Positions 62,115 to 64,000 of a stretch of DNA of 64,000 bases are shown piece by piece. The position numbers were made by a program, and so were the translations under genes. The first letter of the stretch is position 1; each line of letters starts with the position of its first letter. Below the pieces are notes generated by a model. It was not told the origin of the DNA and did not search any database. It saw only the letters and a program-made list of their open reading frames with translations. This stretch comes from Squatina squatina (Eukaryota): NCBI GenBank assembly GCA_031763465.1, contig JARFOE010000008.1:31115-95114 (forward strand), in the 5' to 3' direction.

Positions 62115-62650
62115 GTTAAGGGGAAACAGGCACTTCCTATTCACTCTATCTAGGCCCCTCATAATTTTATACTCCTCAATCAAGTCTCCCCTGAACCTGC
62201 TCTGTTCCAAAGAAAACAACCCCAGTCTATCGAATCTTTCCTCATTACTGAAATTCTCCAGTCCTGGCACCATCCTCGTAAATCTCCTCTGTACCACCTC
62301 CAGCGCCATCACATCTTTCCTGCAATGTGGTGACCAGAACTGTACGCAGTACTCTCGCTCTGGCCTAACTCGTGTTTTTTACAGTTCAAGCAGATCCTCA
62401 CTGCACTTATATTCTGTACCTCAATTACTGCATTATCCTTGTTTACTCTTTCTGTTACTGCTTCAAAGAATTCCATGAGGTTGGTCAACATGACTTTCCC
62501 TTTCGAAATCCATACTGAAGACTCTTAATTATATTTTCAGTTTCTAGATGTTTTTTAATTACATTTTTAAGTACAGATTTCATTATCTTTCCTACCACCG
62601 TCATTAATCTAGCTGGTCTGTAGTTCCCTGCACTTGTCCCATTTCCCTTA
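62115..62650 (-). mobile_element. CR1 LINE fragments
   Basis: NYRPARLMTVVGKIM...GFRKGKSC and ALEVVQRRFTRMVPGL...GDLIE.YKIMRG. Confidence 0.8.
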
Positions 62651-62699
62651 AGTATATCAATAACATTAAAATATATATCTTTTCCAACACTGACTAGTT

Positions 62700-63140
62700 T
62701 ATCCTGTCTGATATAAACTAATGCCACAGTCACTGACACCAATCTCTTTCTGCCTGATATAGACCAACCTCATAGTCACTGACACCAATCTCCTCCTATC
62801 TGTTATAAAGCAATCCCACAGTCACTGACACCAATCTCCTCCTGTCTGATATATACCAAACCCAGTCACTGACACCAATCTCCTCCTGTCTGTTATAAAG
62901 CAATCACACAGTCACTGACACCAATCTCCTCCTATCTGTTATAAAGCAATCCCACTGTCACTGCTGCCAATCTCCTCCTGTCTGATATAAACCAACCCCA
63001 CAGTCACTGACACCAATCTCCTCCCATCTGATAGATACCAACTCCACAGTCACGGACACCAATCTCCTCCCGTCTGATATAGACCAATCCCACTGTCACT
63101 AATACCAATCTCCTCTTGTCTGGTATGAACCAAACCCATA
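62700..63140. repeat. 46-bp minisatellite, about 9 copies
   Basis: CAGTCACTGACACCAATCTCCTCCTGTCTGATATAAACCAACCCCA recurs at 62819, 62863, 62909, 62955, 63001, 63047 and 63093. Confidence 0.92.
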
Positions 63141-63690
63141 GGCCCAAAAAGATTAAACTCAGCCCATTAATTGGACTGGACTTGTCTCCATTCTCGTGCT
63201 GTGCTGTTCCAGACAGGGGGGGACGGGGGCAAGATTTGGGGATTCTCGATTCTGCACCAATTGCCATTCCCCTTCTTTCTGATGGATAATGGAGGTGCCA
63301 ATGTGTGTAATGTGCAGGTCAGTAAGAATTGTCCGCAAAGATTAATCTGCACTTTCTAATTGGAGATCTAAATCAGTGGAACCTTTCAGACACTGAATTG
63401 TAGATTTTGTACCAATGGTCAATTTAGGATTGAGGTAAAAGTTCATGATTTTATCGCAAATGAATTTCTGATGAGAGTCCCTGATTGAGGAAATGATCAC
63501 AGACAGCGGTTCTTAAAGGGACACTGCAGCCCCGAGAACACAATCAGCATTATATTCAGAATATTAAACACCCGTCCAGTTATACATGGTAGTAACATCA
63601 ACAGAAACAAATTCCATCTCTCAGAATGAACATGGCTCAGTTGTGAATGCGATTAAAAGCAGCAATAACAGCAGATTCCAACCCCTGGAG

Positions 63691-64000
<310 letters not shown>

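Overview
This is eukaryotic, cartilaginous-fish-type (shark/ray) genomic DNA. The call is inferred from the repeat families, the KRAB-less C2H2 zinc-finger genes and the antigen-receptor segments. The window is a patchwork of 1-8 kb contigs joined mostly by 100-N gaps, so adjacency across gaps is unreliable. It contains part of a T-cell receptor alpha/delta locus: nine V segments (functional, partial or pseudogene), most with 23-bp-spacer RSSs. Interleaved are five C2H2 zinc-finger genes or pseudogenes, an intronless atypical class A GPCR, CR1/L2 LINE and Deu-type SINE fragments, and large 27-bp satellite blocks. The highlight is one gap-free contig (22578-30148) carrying the 3' half of a NAR-TCR-type double-V cassette on the minus strand. 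It has (1) an IgNAR-like J segment (WATYYEDGSGTVVTVTA) with an IgH-type 23-RSS; (2) an in-frame splice to a supporting V-delta with an extra CDR1 cysteine; (3) a fossil, stop-containing leader exon inside that intron; and (4) an unusual array of five perfect tandem 23-RSSs behind the V. A paralogous supporting V at 55.1-56.4 kb shares the dead leader, the CDR1 Cys and a two-copy RSS tandem. NAR-TCR itself is a known shark system; the RSS array and the shared dead leader are the parts that look undescribed to me, but I could not run any search to confirm that.
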